A DNA stretch of 64,000 bases, taken from positions 505,692 through 569,691 of the forward strand of contig CAZSUC010000001.1 in assembly GCA_964610055.1 (NCBI GenBank). Reading direction: 5' to 3'. Of this stretch, positions 28,697-39,056 are shown in pieces. The notes beneath the pieces are model-generated. The model saw only the letters and a program-made list of their open reading frames with translations. It made no database searches and was not told the origin of the DNA. Both the position numbers and the translations under genes were made by a program. Numbering within the stretch: position 1 is the first letter of the stretch; each line of letters begins with the position of its first letter. The stretch comes from an uncultured Candidatus Saccharibacteria bacterium. Its GTDB lineage: Bacteria > Patescibacteriota > Andersenbacteria > UBA10190.

Positions 28697-29806
28697 TTAC
28701 TCTTTGGCATAGCGGCTAATATTCAACAGCATGCCGGCTGCAAAGAGCGTGGTTGCTAAAGCCGATCCTCCATAACTAATAAACGGCAAAGGAATTCCCG
28801 TCATCGGAGTAACTCCTAAAATTGATCCAATATTGATAAACGCCTGCACAATAATCCAAGAAGTAATTCCAACCGCTAATAACCTACCAAAGATATCTGG
28901 TGTTTTTCGCGCAATACTAAATCCTCGCCACGCCAAGATCGCAAACACAAAAATTACCAAAGTACTTCGAATAAATCCTAATTCTTCCGCAATTACTGCA
29001 TAAATAGAATCCCCGGCAGGTTCAGGCAAATATTGATACTTTTGTCGACTTCGCCCAAATCCTAATCCCCAGATTCCACCTGATCCAGCTGCCAATAATG
29101 CTTGATTAATCTGATAGCCAATGCCTTGTGGATCTAATTCCGGATGCAAATAAACCATAATACGGTTCAATCGGTAACTCGCCGTTTTAACTAATATGCC
29201 TAAAATAACCAAACCACTCAGACCTAATAGAGATAAGTGCCTTAATCTAATGCCTCCCGCGTAAATCATGGCACTTCCAATCGCTAAAATACTGATTAAA
29301 GTGCCTAAATCTGGCTGCATGATAATTAAAATACTGATAATGCCCATAATAATTAAAAATGGCATCACCCCTTCTTTAAAATTCCGAATATGAGCACTCC
29401 TAGTTTCCAATAAAGCGGCTAAATAAATAATAAAAGCTAATTTCGTTAACTCCGTCGGCTGAATTGTAATCGGCCCGATTCCAATCCACCGCGCTGCTCC
29501 ACCTGAAGCCACCTGTAATTGCGGAATAAAGACTAAGACAAGCAAAATTAATGACGCTAACAATACCGGTAATGCCATTGGCCGCCAGCTTCTGTAAGGA
29601 ATATACATTCCGGCTAATAAAGCAATCAGACCAACAGAACCGCCATAAAGAAGCTGATGTTTCAAAAAATAAAAAGGATCCTGACTAAATCTTTCCGCAA
29701 TTACTGAAGAAGCTGAAGCCACCATCATTAAACCAAACAAAGTTAACCCTACAATCACTGCCAATAAAACAATATCAAATGGTCGGCTAGGTTTATTCTG
29801 CGTCAT
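28697..29806 (-). CDS. ftsW: SEDS peptidoglycan polymerase FtsW
   Basis: RWIGIG..IQPTE, QPDLGT, GYQINQ, YLPE..D, TGIPLPFISYGGS; lies between murD and murG. Confidence 0.93.
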   Translation of the reverse strand: MTQNKPSRPFDIVLLAVIVGLTLFGLMMVASASSVIAERFSQDPFYFLKHQLLYGGSVGLIALLAGMYIPYRSWRPMALPVLLASLILLVLVFIPQLQVASGGAARWIGIGPITIQPTELTKLAFIIYLAALLETRSAHIRNFKEGVMPFLIIMGIISILIIMQPDLGTLISILAIGSAMIYAGGIRLRHLSLLGLSGLVILGILVKTASYRLNRIMVYLHPELDPQGIGYQINQALLAAGSGGIWGLGFGRSRQKYQYLPEPAGDSIYAVIAEELGFIRSTLVIFVFAILAWRGFSIARKTPDIFGRLLAVGITSWIIVQAFINIGSILGVTPMTGIPLPFISYGGSALATTLFAAGMLLNISRYAKE

Positions 29807-31193
29807 ATTTCAATTGTAACACCGCCTTTTTAAAAGCCTCTCCTCTTTCAAACTCATTTTTAAATGATCCAAAACTTGTTGCTCCTGGTGACATTAAAAC
29901 CACTTCTCCAGCCTGAGCCGTATCTCGAGCTAATTGCACCGCGTCTTCTATCGTTGATGCCGCTGTCATTGGTACAGTGCATTGCAATAAACGCAAAGCA
30001 TCTTGCATTATATTAGTTGCATCACCTGGCAACCAAATTATATGTCCCAACTTCGCATTCATTACACATTTTGCCCAATTGTCGTACTTCAACCCTTTAT
30101 TATTTCCTCCCGCGATTAACACTATTTTTTGTTCGTGCCAATGCTCTAAAGCCGCACAACTAGCCTCCGGTATCGTTGCTGCTGAATCATTCACAAATGT
30201 CACCCCTTTATTTTCAGCTATGATTTCTTGTCGATGTGGTACACCAGTCCAAGACTTAAGTGCTAATCGCAACTTTTCAATAACGCCAAAATGCATTGCC
30301 AAAAATATACCAGGCAATAAATTCATCTGTCCTATCGCTCCGACATCCGGTAAATCACTTATTTTACATATTTCTGTCTTGATTCCATCTTTTACATAAA
30401 CAATTTTGTTAGCCTCGCAGCCAATACCATTTTGAGGAACCGTGCTGCGACTAAACCAATACTTACGTCCATTCCCTGTATCTTCCCATTTTCTAATATT
30501 AGGGTCGTCATAGTTCAAAAGAGCTAATTGATCGTTATTTTGTAGCGCAACTACTGAACGTTTTACAGCGTAATAGTCTTCTAACGATTCATATGTATTC
30601 AAATGATCCGGATATAAAGAAGTAACCACTACCACTGGAATATTTAAATTATGTTCAGCTAAAGCCTCTAAGCGCCAACTCGATAGCTCTACAACAATCG
30701 CATCTGTCGATTTGATTTTTGATAAATTTCCTAAAAGAGATTCTCCGTCAACTCCAATCATCCAAACTTTAGCATATATCGAACGTAAAATATGTCCTAT
30801 AAAGTGTGCTGTTGTCGTTTTTCCTTTTGTTCCTGTTATCGCAAAAATATTTTTTGTTGGTGCATATCTGATCAACAAACTACTGTCCATTTCAATTGGA
30901 ACCCCCGCCATACGCGCCATTTTTAGCCATTTTGAGTCACTTCTGACCGCTGGATTACGCACAACTAGATCGGCTTGTGTAAACCATTCCGGCTGATGCT
31001 CACCTAAATGCCATTCAAGTTCCGGACAATCAATTAATCTGTTTTTAATTTCTGCTAATTCCTGTTCTGTTTTTAAATCAGTCACTAAAACTCTAGCTCC
31101 TTGCTCGCATAACCATCGCACAGCACCTTCACCGCCACCTAGCTGACCTAAACCCATGACAGTAACTTTGCTTCCCTTTAAATCAGTAATCAT
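29793..31193 (-). CDS. murD: UDP-MurNAc-L-Ala--D-glutamate ligase
   Basis: VMGLG, ITGTKGKTTT, ELSSW, DHL, PHR, NDSAAT, SPGATSF; start at the ATG overlapping the mraY stop. Confidence 0.94.
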   Translation of the reverse strand: MITDLKGSKVTVMGLGQLGGGEGAVRWLCEQGARVLVTDLKTEQELAEIKNRLIDCPELEWHLGEHQPEWFTQADLVVRNPAVRSDSKWLKMARMAGVPIEMDSSLLIRYAPTKNIFAITGTKGKTTTAHFIGHILRSIYAKVWMIGVDGESLLGNLSKIKSTDAIVVELSSWRLEALAEHNLNIPVVVVTSLYPDHLNTYESLEDYYAVKRSVVALQNNDQLALLNYDDPNIRKWEDTGNGRKYWFSRSTVPQNGIGCEANKIVYVKDGIKTEICKISDLPDVGAIGQMNLLPGIFLAMHFGVIEKLRLALKSWTGVPHRQEIIAENKGVTFVNDSAATIPEASCAALEHWHEQKIVLIAGGNNKGLKYDNWAKCVMNAKLGHIIWLPGDATNIMQDALRLLQCTVPMTAASTIEDAVQLARDTAQAGEVVLMSPGATSFGSFKNEFERGEAFKKAVLQLKYDAE

Positions 31194-32260
31194 GTCCATT
31201 GTCCTCGTCCTACAATTGCAATCACCAAACCAATACCAGCCGAAACCGCCGCAATAATCCAAAAGCGCATTGTTACTTTTGTTTCCGGCCACCCCTTAGC
31301 TTCAAAATGATGATGAACTGGAGCTGACAAGAAGACTTTCTTCTTTAGTATTTTTTTTGAAGCCACTTGAATAATGACAGACGCTGATTCTAAAACTAAC
31401 GGAAACGCAATAATAGGCAAAACCAAAGCAGAGTTAGTCAGCATTGCAATAATTCCTAGGGTTGTGCCTAAACTCATCGCTCCCGTATCACCAATAAAAA
31501 ATCGAGCCGGATAAATATTAAACCATAAGAATGCCATTAGTGCCCCCACTATTGCCGCACAAAACATTGCTAATTCCATCCTCCCAATCACAAACGCTAA
31601 AGCTGTATAAGCCCCAAAACAAAATAACAAAATTCCACCGGCTAAACCATCTAAACCATCCGACTCATTAACTGAAAAAGCAGTTGAAACAATTACTAAA
31701 ATAAATAACGGCACATACCACCAACCAATTTCAAAATCATTTACTCCCGGCACATGAATTACGCTCCAACCAAGCTTCACGTAAAACCAATATGCTCCCC
31801 CCGCAGCAACCGCTGTATAGAGCAATAGTCTTTGCGTCATATTCATACCGCCAGTTTTTCCGCGTTTATGTACATTTAAATAGTCATCCCATAGCCCTAA
31901 TAACGCTGCAATCACTAGTGCCCCCAAAGGTAGCCAGGTTTGTGAGCGACTAAGAAAATTTAAATATTGTAACCATGGCCACGGCAAAATATATGCTCCC
32001 AGCCAAAATAATAACGCCAAGCCTAAAACTGTTCCCCAAACAATAATACCTCCTCCCACCGGAGTCCCCGCTTTTTCTGCATGCAACTTAGAGTAAATTG
32101 GCGTATTACCATTGTCTCTAATGCTTTTACCAAACTTATATTTATACAAAAAATGAGTTAAAACTGGCGTTAACCCCAAGGCGACTAAAAAAGTAATCAT
32201 TGCCAGTCCAATAACCCGCACCACGTCTATTACTAATTTTGGATCAGAAAATTGCAACAT
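31190..32260 (-). CDS. mraY: Phospho-MurNAc-pentapeptide transferase
   Basis: KAGTP, DD, VNESDGLDGL, FIGDTGA, APVHHHFE. Confidence 0.97.
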   Translation of the reverse strand: MLQFSDPKLVIDVVRVIGLAMITFLVALGLTPVLTHFLYKYKFGKSIRDNGNTPIYSKLHAEKAGTPVGGGIIVWGTVLGLALLFWLGAYILPWPWLQYLNFLSRSQTWLPLGALVIAALLGLWDDYLNVHKRGKTGGMNMTQRLLLYTAVAAGGAYWFYVKLGWSVIHVPGVNDFEIGWWYVPLFILVIVSTAFSVNESDGLDGLAGGILLFCFGAYTALAFVIGRMELAMFCAAIVGALMAFLWFNIYPARFFIGDTGAMSLGTTLGIIAMLTNSALVLPIIAFPLVLESASVIIQVASKKILKKKVFLSAPVHHHFEAKGWPETKVTMRFWIIAAVSAGIGLVIAIVGRGQWT

Positions 32261-33169
32261 TTATCCTCCGTACCGGGTTGTATCCGGCCATGAATAATTA
32301 CGTTCTATCCACTCCATGACTAATTTAGTATCTACAAAACGCTGATCACTTCCTAAAACAACAATTCCCACCGTATGACGATCGTTTGTTTGACTAATCA
32401 CTGCCAAATTTTCTTTGGCTTCCAAAGTAAACCCAGTTTTCCCTGCTAAAATTGGTATATAAGTGCCTAACAATTCATTCGTCGTTTTATATTTTAACTT
32501 CGACCCTTCAACAGACGTAATCTCACCGACCGACGCCGCTAAATCTGCTCGTAAAACATCGTCAGCATAAGCTAATTCTAGCATTTTTCTCACATCAGTT
32601 GCTGTCGCATACTGATCCCCGCCAGACAACCCTGTTGCATTAGTGGCTTTTGTTTCGGCCATTCCGTGAGTTAAGGCATAAATATTCATTTTGTTCACAA
32701 AATCATTTTCACTACCTGCACACGCCTGAGCCAATGCGATCATCGCATCATTTGCGGATGGCACTAAACCAGCTTTTAAAAGTTCGCTCACTAATACGTG
32801 CTCACCCGGAACTAATTTTACATCAACCCCTGCTTGCTGAGCCTTACGTACCTCGGTTGGAATTACTACTACTTGGCTCAAATCTAAACATTCCCTCACG
32901 GTTAAAGCTGACAATAACTTAGTTACACTTGCAATTGGACGTTGCTGATGCGAATTTTTTTCATATAAAATCTGTCCACTCTCTATATCCCAAGCTAAAA
33001 CCGATTCAGCTGTGGTTACCAAATCCATAGCTGGTCCAGTCTTTGTTGGAGCCGATATCTGTACTCCCGCCACGTTAGCTGTTGTTATCTGCTCCGGATC
33101 TTCGCACCACGAACCATTTGCATTTGTCAGCATACACGTCAAAGCAATTAATAACGCTTTAGCAATCAT
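32261..33169 (-). CDS. D-Ala-D-Ala carboxypeptidase (peptidase S11)
   Basis: SxxK (ASVTK), SxN (SAND), KTG motifs; N-terminal signal/anchor. Confidence 0.9.
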   Translation of the reverse strand: MIAKALLIALTCMLTNANGSWCEDPEQITTANVAGVQISAPTKTGPAMDLVTTAESVLAWDIESGQILYEKNSHQQRPIASVTKLLSALTVRECLDLSQVVVIPTEVRKAQQAGVDVKLVPGEHVLVSELLKAGLVPSANDAMIALAQACAGSENDFVNKMNIYALTHGMAETKATNATGLSGGDQYATATDVRKMLELAYADDVLRADLAASVGEITSVEGSKLKYKTTNELLGTYIPILAGKTGFTLEAKENLAVISQTNDRHTVGIVVLGSDQRFVDTKLVMEWIERNYSWPDTTRYGG

Positions 33170-33699
33170 GAATTCGCTTGGTTAAGTAACTGTTCTATTT
33201 TATCGTCTTGCGACAACTCTTCAAAATTAGGTAAATCATCCGTCTTAATCACGCCCAGCTGTCGTAAAAATTCCTCTGTAATCACATATTTTGCTGGAAT
33301 CTTTTGATTCGCAGCACGAACCAAGGCTCGCTGTTGTAAATGAGTCACCACTCGCCGAGAATCTACCCCACGTAAAGCATCGATTTCATGCATGGTGACT
33401 GGACCCCGATAAGCAATAATCGCTAAAGTCTCAGCTGCTGCTGCTGATATCTTTCTTGTTTCCTCGGCTAAATATTTTGCTACAAAATCCGCCACCACTG
33501 GACTCGTTACCATTTGCACATGAGTTAAGGTAGTCATAATAGCCAAACCACGACCTTGCCAGATTTTTTTTAGATCATCAATACATTTATCAAGATCTTC
33601 CGTATTATTTTGGCCTAATAAACGTATTAATTCTTTTTTTGAAACCGCATCCCCGGCCAAAAAAAGCAAGGCCTCAAGTTTTTGTGTCTCATTCTTCAT
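33166..33699 (-). CDS. scpB: SMC-Scp complex subunit ScpB
   Basis: LEALLF, ETLAIIAYRGPVT..EID..RGV. Confidence 0.93.
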   Translation of the reverse strand: MKNETQKLEALLFLAGDAVSKKELIRLLGQNNTEDLDKCIDDLKKIWQGRGLAIMTTLTHVQMVTSPVVADFVAKYLAEETRKISAAAAETLAIIAYRGPVTMHEIDALRGVDSRRVVTHLQQRALVRAANQKIPAKYVITEEFLRQLGVIKTDDLPNFEELSQDDKIEQLLNQANS

Positions 33700-34417
33700 A
33701 ATGATTCGGTATTTCCGATTTTACCGCCTTAATCTCAATCTCGCCAAATATTTGCTCTTGCTGACACTTTGCTTGATTATTTTTTTCTAATTCTAACGCT
33801 GCTAATAACGAAGTTGCCACTGTTTGGTGGTCAGCATCACGAATAATTTCGCTAAACCATACTTGTGGCATTTCTTGTAAGCGTCGTCTCAGGGTTGCTA
33901 AACATTCTTGTACTCTTTTGCCCTGAGGTCTTAAATGACGCCGCTTATCTAAAGGAGTCGGTAATTTATCCCGCATTTGCACAAATGCATGTGCTAAATC
34001 ATTACCAGTAATTTGCGGCCAAACCGGTTCTGCTTCCAAGTGCAAATGCAATGGACCAGGTAATAATGGATATTTTCCCCATTGCTCTTGCCATTTCTTC
34101 GCTTGTTCTCGATATAACGCATATATTCTGACACGCCAAGACAAATCATCAATCACGTCCTCTTCTTCAGCCGTAAGGTCAGGAAGCAGACAACGTAATT
34201 TCATAACTAACAACAAAGCCGCTGTCCGAGCAAAATCAGCTTGCTGCTCTACTGAAATCGTTTGGTCTAATTCAGTCGCTTTTAAAAAATCATCAGTAAT
34301 ATCAGCTAAATTGACTGTACTAATATCTAACTTGTGCGCTCGTATTAATTCCAATAACAAATCAAATGGTCCTTCAAACTCCTCGATCTTAACTACCGGC
34401 GCATTGCCATGGTCCAT
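33689..34417 (-). CDS. scpA: Segregation/condensation kleisin ScpA
   Basis: FEGPFDLLLELI, LAALEL, Q...FGEI. Confidence 0.93.
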   Translation of the reverse strand: MDHGNAPVVKIEEFEGPFDLLLELIRAHKLDISTVNLADITDDFLKATELDQTISVEQQADFARTAALLLVMKLRCLLPDLTAEEEDVIDDLSWRVRIYALYREQAKKWQEQWGKYPLLPGPLHLHLEAEPVWPQITGNDLAHAFVQMRDKLPTPLDKRRHLRPQGKRVQECLATLRRRLQEMPQVWFSEIIRDADHQTVATSLLAALELEKNNQAKCQQEQIFGEIEIKAVKSEIPNHYEE

Positions 34418-34418
34418 A

Positions 34419-35225
34419 TTATTTAACTTTCGGCATCGGCCGATTACGATATTTCCAAAAATACTTACCAGCCGAACGAATGTGCTCTCGTGTTGCCCAA
34501 TTAGTTATCACGCCTAATAAAGAGCTCGCCCCACTGCTTCTTTGGTGAAAATGAGAAAACACTGCTTCAGGTACATATGTTACACGCCAATGTTTTTCCC
34601 AAAAACGTCGGCACCAATCCACGTCTTCAAAATACAAAAAGAAATTCTCATCCATGCCACCAACTTCTGCTACTGCTGTCTTACGTAACATCAGGCAAGA
34701 GCCCATTAACCACTCCACGTCTCTGACTGTGTGATGGTCAAAATCTTGCATCAAAAAACGATCAACTTCCTTTTTTCCCCAATATGTTTGGCCTAGCCAA
34801 GTCCGACGATATACTACAGTCATTAAACGATAAAAACGAAAACAAGACGCTTGCAATGCTCCGTTCGGTGAAATTAACTGCCCTCCTGCTATACCAACAC
34901 CTGAATTCTCGTCCATAAACCGAACTAATTCTTGCACGGCACCCGGTGTGGCAACAATATCAGGATTTAAAACTAGATAATATTCCCCTTCTGCTTGTTT
35001 CAAAGCTTGATTAACCGCTTTTGCTAAACCAAGATTATGCTTGTTCGCTATAACTTGAATAGTTGGCCAATCTGATCGTAAAAATTCTACACTTTGGTCT
35101 CGAGAAGCATTATCTACTACGATAACTTCTGTTTCGTAAGATAATTTCTGCCAACGCAAAGATTCTAAACAAGTATGTGTCAAAGCCCCAGTATTGTAAT
35201 TCACAATGATAATCGAGAGTTTCAT
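34419..35225 (-). CDS. GT2 glycosyltransferase (WbbL/rhamnosyltransferase-like)
   Basis: SIIIVNYN, VVDNAS, LNPD, DENFFLYFEDVDWC. Confidence 0.9.
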   Translation of the reverse strand: MKLSIIIVNYNTGALTHTCLESLRWQKLSYETEVIVVDNASRDQSVEFLRSDWPTIQVIANKHNLGLAKAVNQALKQAEGEYYLVLNPDIVATPGAVQELVRFMDENSGVGIAGGQLISPNGALQASCFRFYRLMTVVYRRTWLGQTYWGKKEVDRFLMQDFDHHTVRDVEWLMGSCLMLRKTAVAEVGGMDENFFLYFEDVDWCRRFWEKHWRVTYVPEAVFSHFHQRSSGASSLLGVITNWATREHIRSAGKYFWKYRNRPMPKVK

Positions 35226-36187
35226 ATTACTAGCTTACGCTTATGCCACATTTTTATCAGTCCTTTTCCCGCTTCAATCCATGCTTTTCCGAGCGGCCAA
35301 TATCCTAAAGTCAATCCAAACCATACTAACCCACGCATTACTATAAAAATAGCCCGAGCGACTAATTCTCTGAAAGTTATATTTTTAACCAGCATCCATA
35401 TCCAGTTTCGCAAACTATAATACGTACGTTTATTTTGTAAACGTTTGTATATAGCTTGTGGTGCCATCCCCCAATTCAACCATCCCTTACGTCCAAGAGT
35501 ACGATAATGAAAACCACATCCGACTGGCTCATACTTTATCTGCCAGCCAGCACGTCGTAAGCGCCAACTTAAATCAACATCATCCTTATACGCAAAAAAA
35601 TCAGTGTCAAAATATTCCTTTTCACTGTATCGAACCGAACGCAGAGCTTCCATGCGATACAAGCTCCCTGCTCCAGTTGTCGCAGCAACATCAATCGCTT
35701 GATCAAACTGACCGTTATCAATCTGACCCGCTCCTCGTTCACTTCCATTACAAGCACGGGTCATTTCAATTCCGGCCGAGTCAATCACTAATTCTTGTTT
35801 AGATTTTGCTCGCCATAATTTACCTTGCACTGCTCCGACTTTCGGATTAAGACGCATAACTTCTAATAATCTCATCAGCCCTTCTGGCACAAGCTCTAAA
35901 TCAGGATCGTGCGTAAAAACATAAGGAGTATCACAACGTTCCAATCCAATATTATGTGCCCCTGTAAATCCAAAATTTTGATCTAAAGCTACGATTTCTG
36001 CCTCTGGCAAATTTTGACGCACAATAGCAATTGAATTATCCCGCGAAGCATTATCCAGATAACAAATTTTTGCTATTCCTATTGGTAGTTTCGTCAAAGC
36101 AGCGACTGCCATTGGCAATGTTTTTTCACTGTTCCAGCCGACAATCTGAATCGTGACCTGCTCTTTCGTCTGCATATGATCGCTCAT
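35222..36187 (-). CDS. GT2 glycosyltransferase
   Basis: IVGWNS, DNAS, NFGF..AHN, FFAYKDDVDLSWR. Confidence 0.88.
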   Translation of the reverse strand: MSDHMQTKEQVTIQIVGWNSEKTLPMAVAALTKLPIGIAKICYLDNASRDNSIAIVRQNLPEAEIVALDQNFGFTGAHNIGLERCDTPYVFTHDPDLELVPEGLMRLLEVMRLNPKVGAVQGKLWRAKSKQELVIDSAGIEMTRACNGSERGAGQIDNGQFDQAIDVAATTGAGSLYRMEALRSVRYSEKEYFDTDFFAYKDDVDLSWRLRRAGWQIKYEPVGCGFHYRTLGRKGWLNWGMAPQAIYKRLQNKRTYYSLRNWIWMLVKNITFRELVARAIFIVMRGLVWFGLTLGYWPLGKAWIEAGKGLIKMWHKRKLVI

Positions 36188-36227
36188 ATATTCATGATAA
36201 AGTATAGATACTAACTAGAGCTAATTC

Positions 36228-37817
36228 ATGCTGTCAATCACCATTATTATACTCATCCTAGTCGGGGCTAGTACTATTACAGCGACAATTTTTTCCCAAG
36301 CATACTTTTGGCAACGCAAAGAATACCGTTGGGATCGGATGCGCTCTCTTCTAACTAGTGAAGAGCGCCAAGGTCCTTTCAGTTTTTGGCTCTTTTTAGG
36401 CATTACCTGTTTATTTTTTGCTTGGCTGGCTGTTTTTGAACAGCTATCTTTTGCCTCAGCCCTTAGCTTCATTAGTTTAATTGGTTTCAGTTTTCATCAC
36501 TTTTGGCGTATTTATCAACGCGGAATTTACCGCCCTGCCGTAACTGTAAAAGCCCTACTCGTCATCTTCTTTTCTGCTATCAGTCTAATGAGCTTGATTT
36601 TCTTAACCTATGAATCGACTTTATTATTAACGCTGCAATGGGCTTCCTTTATCTTCCTTGTCCCTTTCTTAACCGCATTTTCTGTCGGGCTAGTAAACCT
36701 GATAACTTATCCGCAACGACAACGCATTATTAATCACGCCCACTTATTACGTCGTAATCTTCCTACTCTTACCGTTGTTGGTATTACTGGTAGCTTTGGT
36801 AAAACTTCGACTAAATACTTTCTTAGTCAAATCCTTACTCACGCTAAACTCACTCATGTTTCTAGTCGTCACCACCGCAATTCAGAGTTAGCTATTGCTC
36901 AAGATATGATAACACAGCTATCACCTAAAACTAAGATTTATATCGCTGAAATGGGTGCCTATACTAAAGGAGAAATTGCTGCCTTAGCTCGCCTAACTCA
37001 GCCGCGACTCGGTATCATTACTAACATCGGCAACCAACATCTTGCTTTGTTTGGTTCACCTGAAAACTTAGCGACTGCTAAATGGGAACTCGCTCAAGAA
37101 TTGCCCCCAGATGGCACTCTGATCTTAAACCAGGACAACCCTATTCTGCGTGACAAAGCTCATAATTTCTCTGGACGCATTATCTGGTTTAGTACCGTTG
37201 CCGATGCCCAAATTAGAGCTGAAAGTATTGTCTCCTCTCCCCGTCAACTTGATTTCACTCTGCATATAAATAACGACCAACGCCATGTCACTATTCCGCT
37301 ATTAAGCCAAGCTCCTATCTCTAATATTCTGGCCGCCGTCGCTGGGGCGATGGCTCTCGGAGTTAATTCAAATGACATTTTTGCGGCACTTTCTCATCTT
37401 CAACCCATGCCTCGTACCATGGAATTAATAACTAAAAAAAATGGTCAAACTGTTATTGATGATAGCTATAGTGCTAATGAAACTGGCGTCTTAGAAGCAA
37501 TTCGTCATTTAGCTACTTTTCCTGATAAGCATAAAATTATTTTTCTTTCCCCTTTAATTGAACTTGGCTCACGCGCACATTTAACACATGAATTAATCGG
37601 CCAAGCGCTCAGTTCAGTTGATGCTCAAGTATATTTAACTAATTCGCATTATTCAGTCGACATTAAACATGGTTTCGGAACTGACTCATCCTCAAACCTG
37701 AAAATCGCGTCCAAACCAACTGAAATTAAAGCCGCCTTAGCCCAAATTCCTCCCGCAAGCGTAATCTTACTTGAAGGACGAATTCCTGAACTTGTCCGTA
37801 AATCCCTACTAAGTTAA
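36228..37817 (+). CDS. murF: MurF-like Mur ligase with N-terminal multi-TM extension
   Basis: GITGSFGKTSTK, EMGA, ITNIGNQHL, IDDSYSAN, ELG; ~150-aa hydrophobic N-terminus. Confidence 0.8.
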   Translation: MLSITIIILILVGASTITATIFSQAYFWQRKEYRWDRMRSLLTSEERQGPFSFWLFLGITCLFFAWLAVFEQLSFASALSFISLIGFSFHHFWRIYQRGIYRPAVTVKALLVIFFSAISLMSLIFLTYESTLLLTLQWASFIFLVPFLTAFSVGLVNLITYPQRQRIINHAHLLRRNLPTLTVVGITGSFGKTSTKYFLSQILTHAKLTHVSSRHHRNSELAIAQDMITQLSPKTKIYIAEMGAYTKGEIAALARLTQPRLGIITNIGNQHLALFGSPENLATAKWELAQELPPDGTLILNQDNPILRDKAHNFSGRIIWFSTVADAQIRAESIVSSPRQLDFTLHINNDQRHVTIPLLSQAPISNILAAVAGAMALGVNSNDIFAALSHLQPMPRTMELITKKNGQTVIDDSYSANETGVLEAIRHLATFPDKHKIIFLSPLIELGSRAHLTHELIGQALSSVDAQVYLTNSHYSVDIKHGFGTDSSSNLKIASKPTEIKAALAQIPPASVILLEGRIPELVRKSLLS

Positions 37818-37826
37818 GGTGCATCC

Positions 37827-39056
37827 ATGCGCAATATTCTTACATCAGTTTCCCCAAACCTTGAGAACGACGACGCTAAACTCGCTCTTAAGCAATTGTT
37901 CTCTCCTTGGAATTGGTTTAATCCTCATTATGTCAAAATTTTAACTGATCGCCTCCTCGCCCTTTATCCTAATCGTCACGCTATTCTCACAAGTTCAGGT
38001 CGTAGCGCTCTTTATGCGGTCCTTGCTCAATTAAAACTACGTCCTGACGACGAAGTTATTATTCAAGCTTTTACCTGCGTCACTGTTCCGGCTGCAATTC
38101 AATGGGCCGGCGGCAAACCAGTATATGCGGATATCAAACCTCGTACGTACAATTTAGACCCCGAATCTGTCTTACAAGTTATTACGTCTCACACCAAAGC
38201 TATTATTATCCAGCACACCCTCGGTTTACCGGCTGACCTATCAGTTTTTCAAGAAATTGCTCGACAACATAACATTTTCCTAATTGAAGATTGTGCCCAT
38301 GCTTTTGGCGCTAGCTATGCCGGACAATTAGTCGGATCCTTTGGTGACGCCGCCATTCTTAGTTTTGGCCGTGACAAAGCTTTATCCGGAGTTTTTGGTG
38401 GCACTGTTATTACTCCTAATTCTGATTTTGCTGATAAAATTCGCGCTGCTCAAGCAAGTCTACCTTTACCCCCTGTCTGGTGGATCATTCAACAGCTTTT
38501 ACATCCTCTTGTCTCTCGCTTAGTTATTCCTTTGTATTTCACGAGCAAAATCGGTCGTATTATTCTGGTTATCAGCCAAAAACTCAACCTTATTAGTAAA
38601 GCCGTTACTCCTTCTGAGCGAACGGGTGCCAAACCTTCATTGCTTTTTTGGCGCATGTCTCCCGCTTTAGCTATTTTAACTTCTCATCAACTCGATAAAC
38701 TGCTCCGTTTTACTTCTCATCGCCGTCATATTGCTCAAATTTATCTCGACCATTTAGCTAATCCACCTATTATCCCGACTACAGCTGAGCCATCTTGGTT
38801 ACGCTTTCCTCTAACAACGAAATATCCTCGTCGTTTACATATGCAAGCTCGTCGTTTACACATCCTTCTTGGTGATTGGTACGATGCCCCTATCGCCCCT
38901 CGCACTGTTAATCCAGCCGATTTTGGTTATCAGTCAGGTAGTTGTCCTGTTGCTGAATCAACTGCTCGTCGTATTGTTAATCTGCCAACTAATATTTTTG
39001 TCACTGAAAGCGACGCGCATCGTTTAATTCATTTAATTCAAAACCATGTCGCTTGA
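37827..39056 (+). CDS. DegT/DnrJ/EryC1/StrS PLP-dependent aminotransferase
   Basis: SSGRSAL, AFTC, IEDCAHAFGA, SFGRDK, CPVAE..ARRIVNLP. Confidence 0.88.
   Translation: MRNILTSVSPNLENDDAKLALKQLFSPWNWFNPHYVKILTDRLLALYPNRHAILTSSGRSALYAVLAQLKLRPDDEVIIQAFTCVTVPAAIQWAGGKPVYADIKPRTYNLDPESVLQVITSHTKAIIIQHTLGLPADLSVFQEIARQHNIFLIEDCAHAFGASYAGQLVGSFGDAAILSFGRDKALSGVFGGTVITPNSDFADKIRAAQASLPLPPVWWIIQQLLHPLVSRLVIPLYFTSKIGRIILVISQKLNLISKAVTPSERTGAKPSLLFWRMSPALAILTSHQLDKLLRFTSHRRHIAQIYLDHLANPPIIPTTAEPSWLRFPLTTKYPRRLHMQARRLHILLGDWYDAPIAPRTVNPADFGYQSGSCPVAESTARRIVNLPTNIFVTESDAHRLIHLIQNHVA

Noticed and set aside
31194-31292. N-terminal extensions given by the ORF track for murD (and similarly holB, secD and the flippase fusion)
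   Set aside because: They overlap the upstream gene or promoter; ATGA-coupled or -10-adjacent downstream starts fit better
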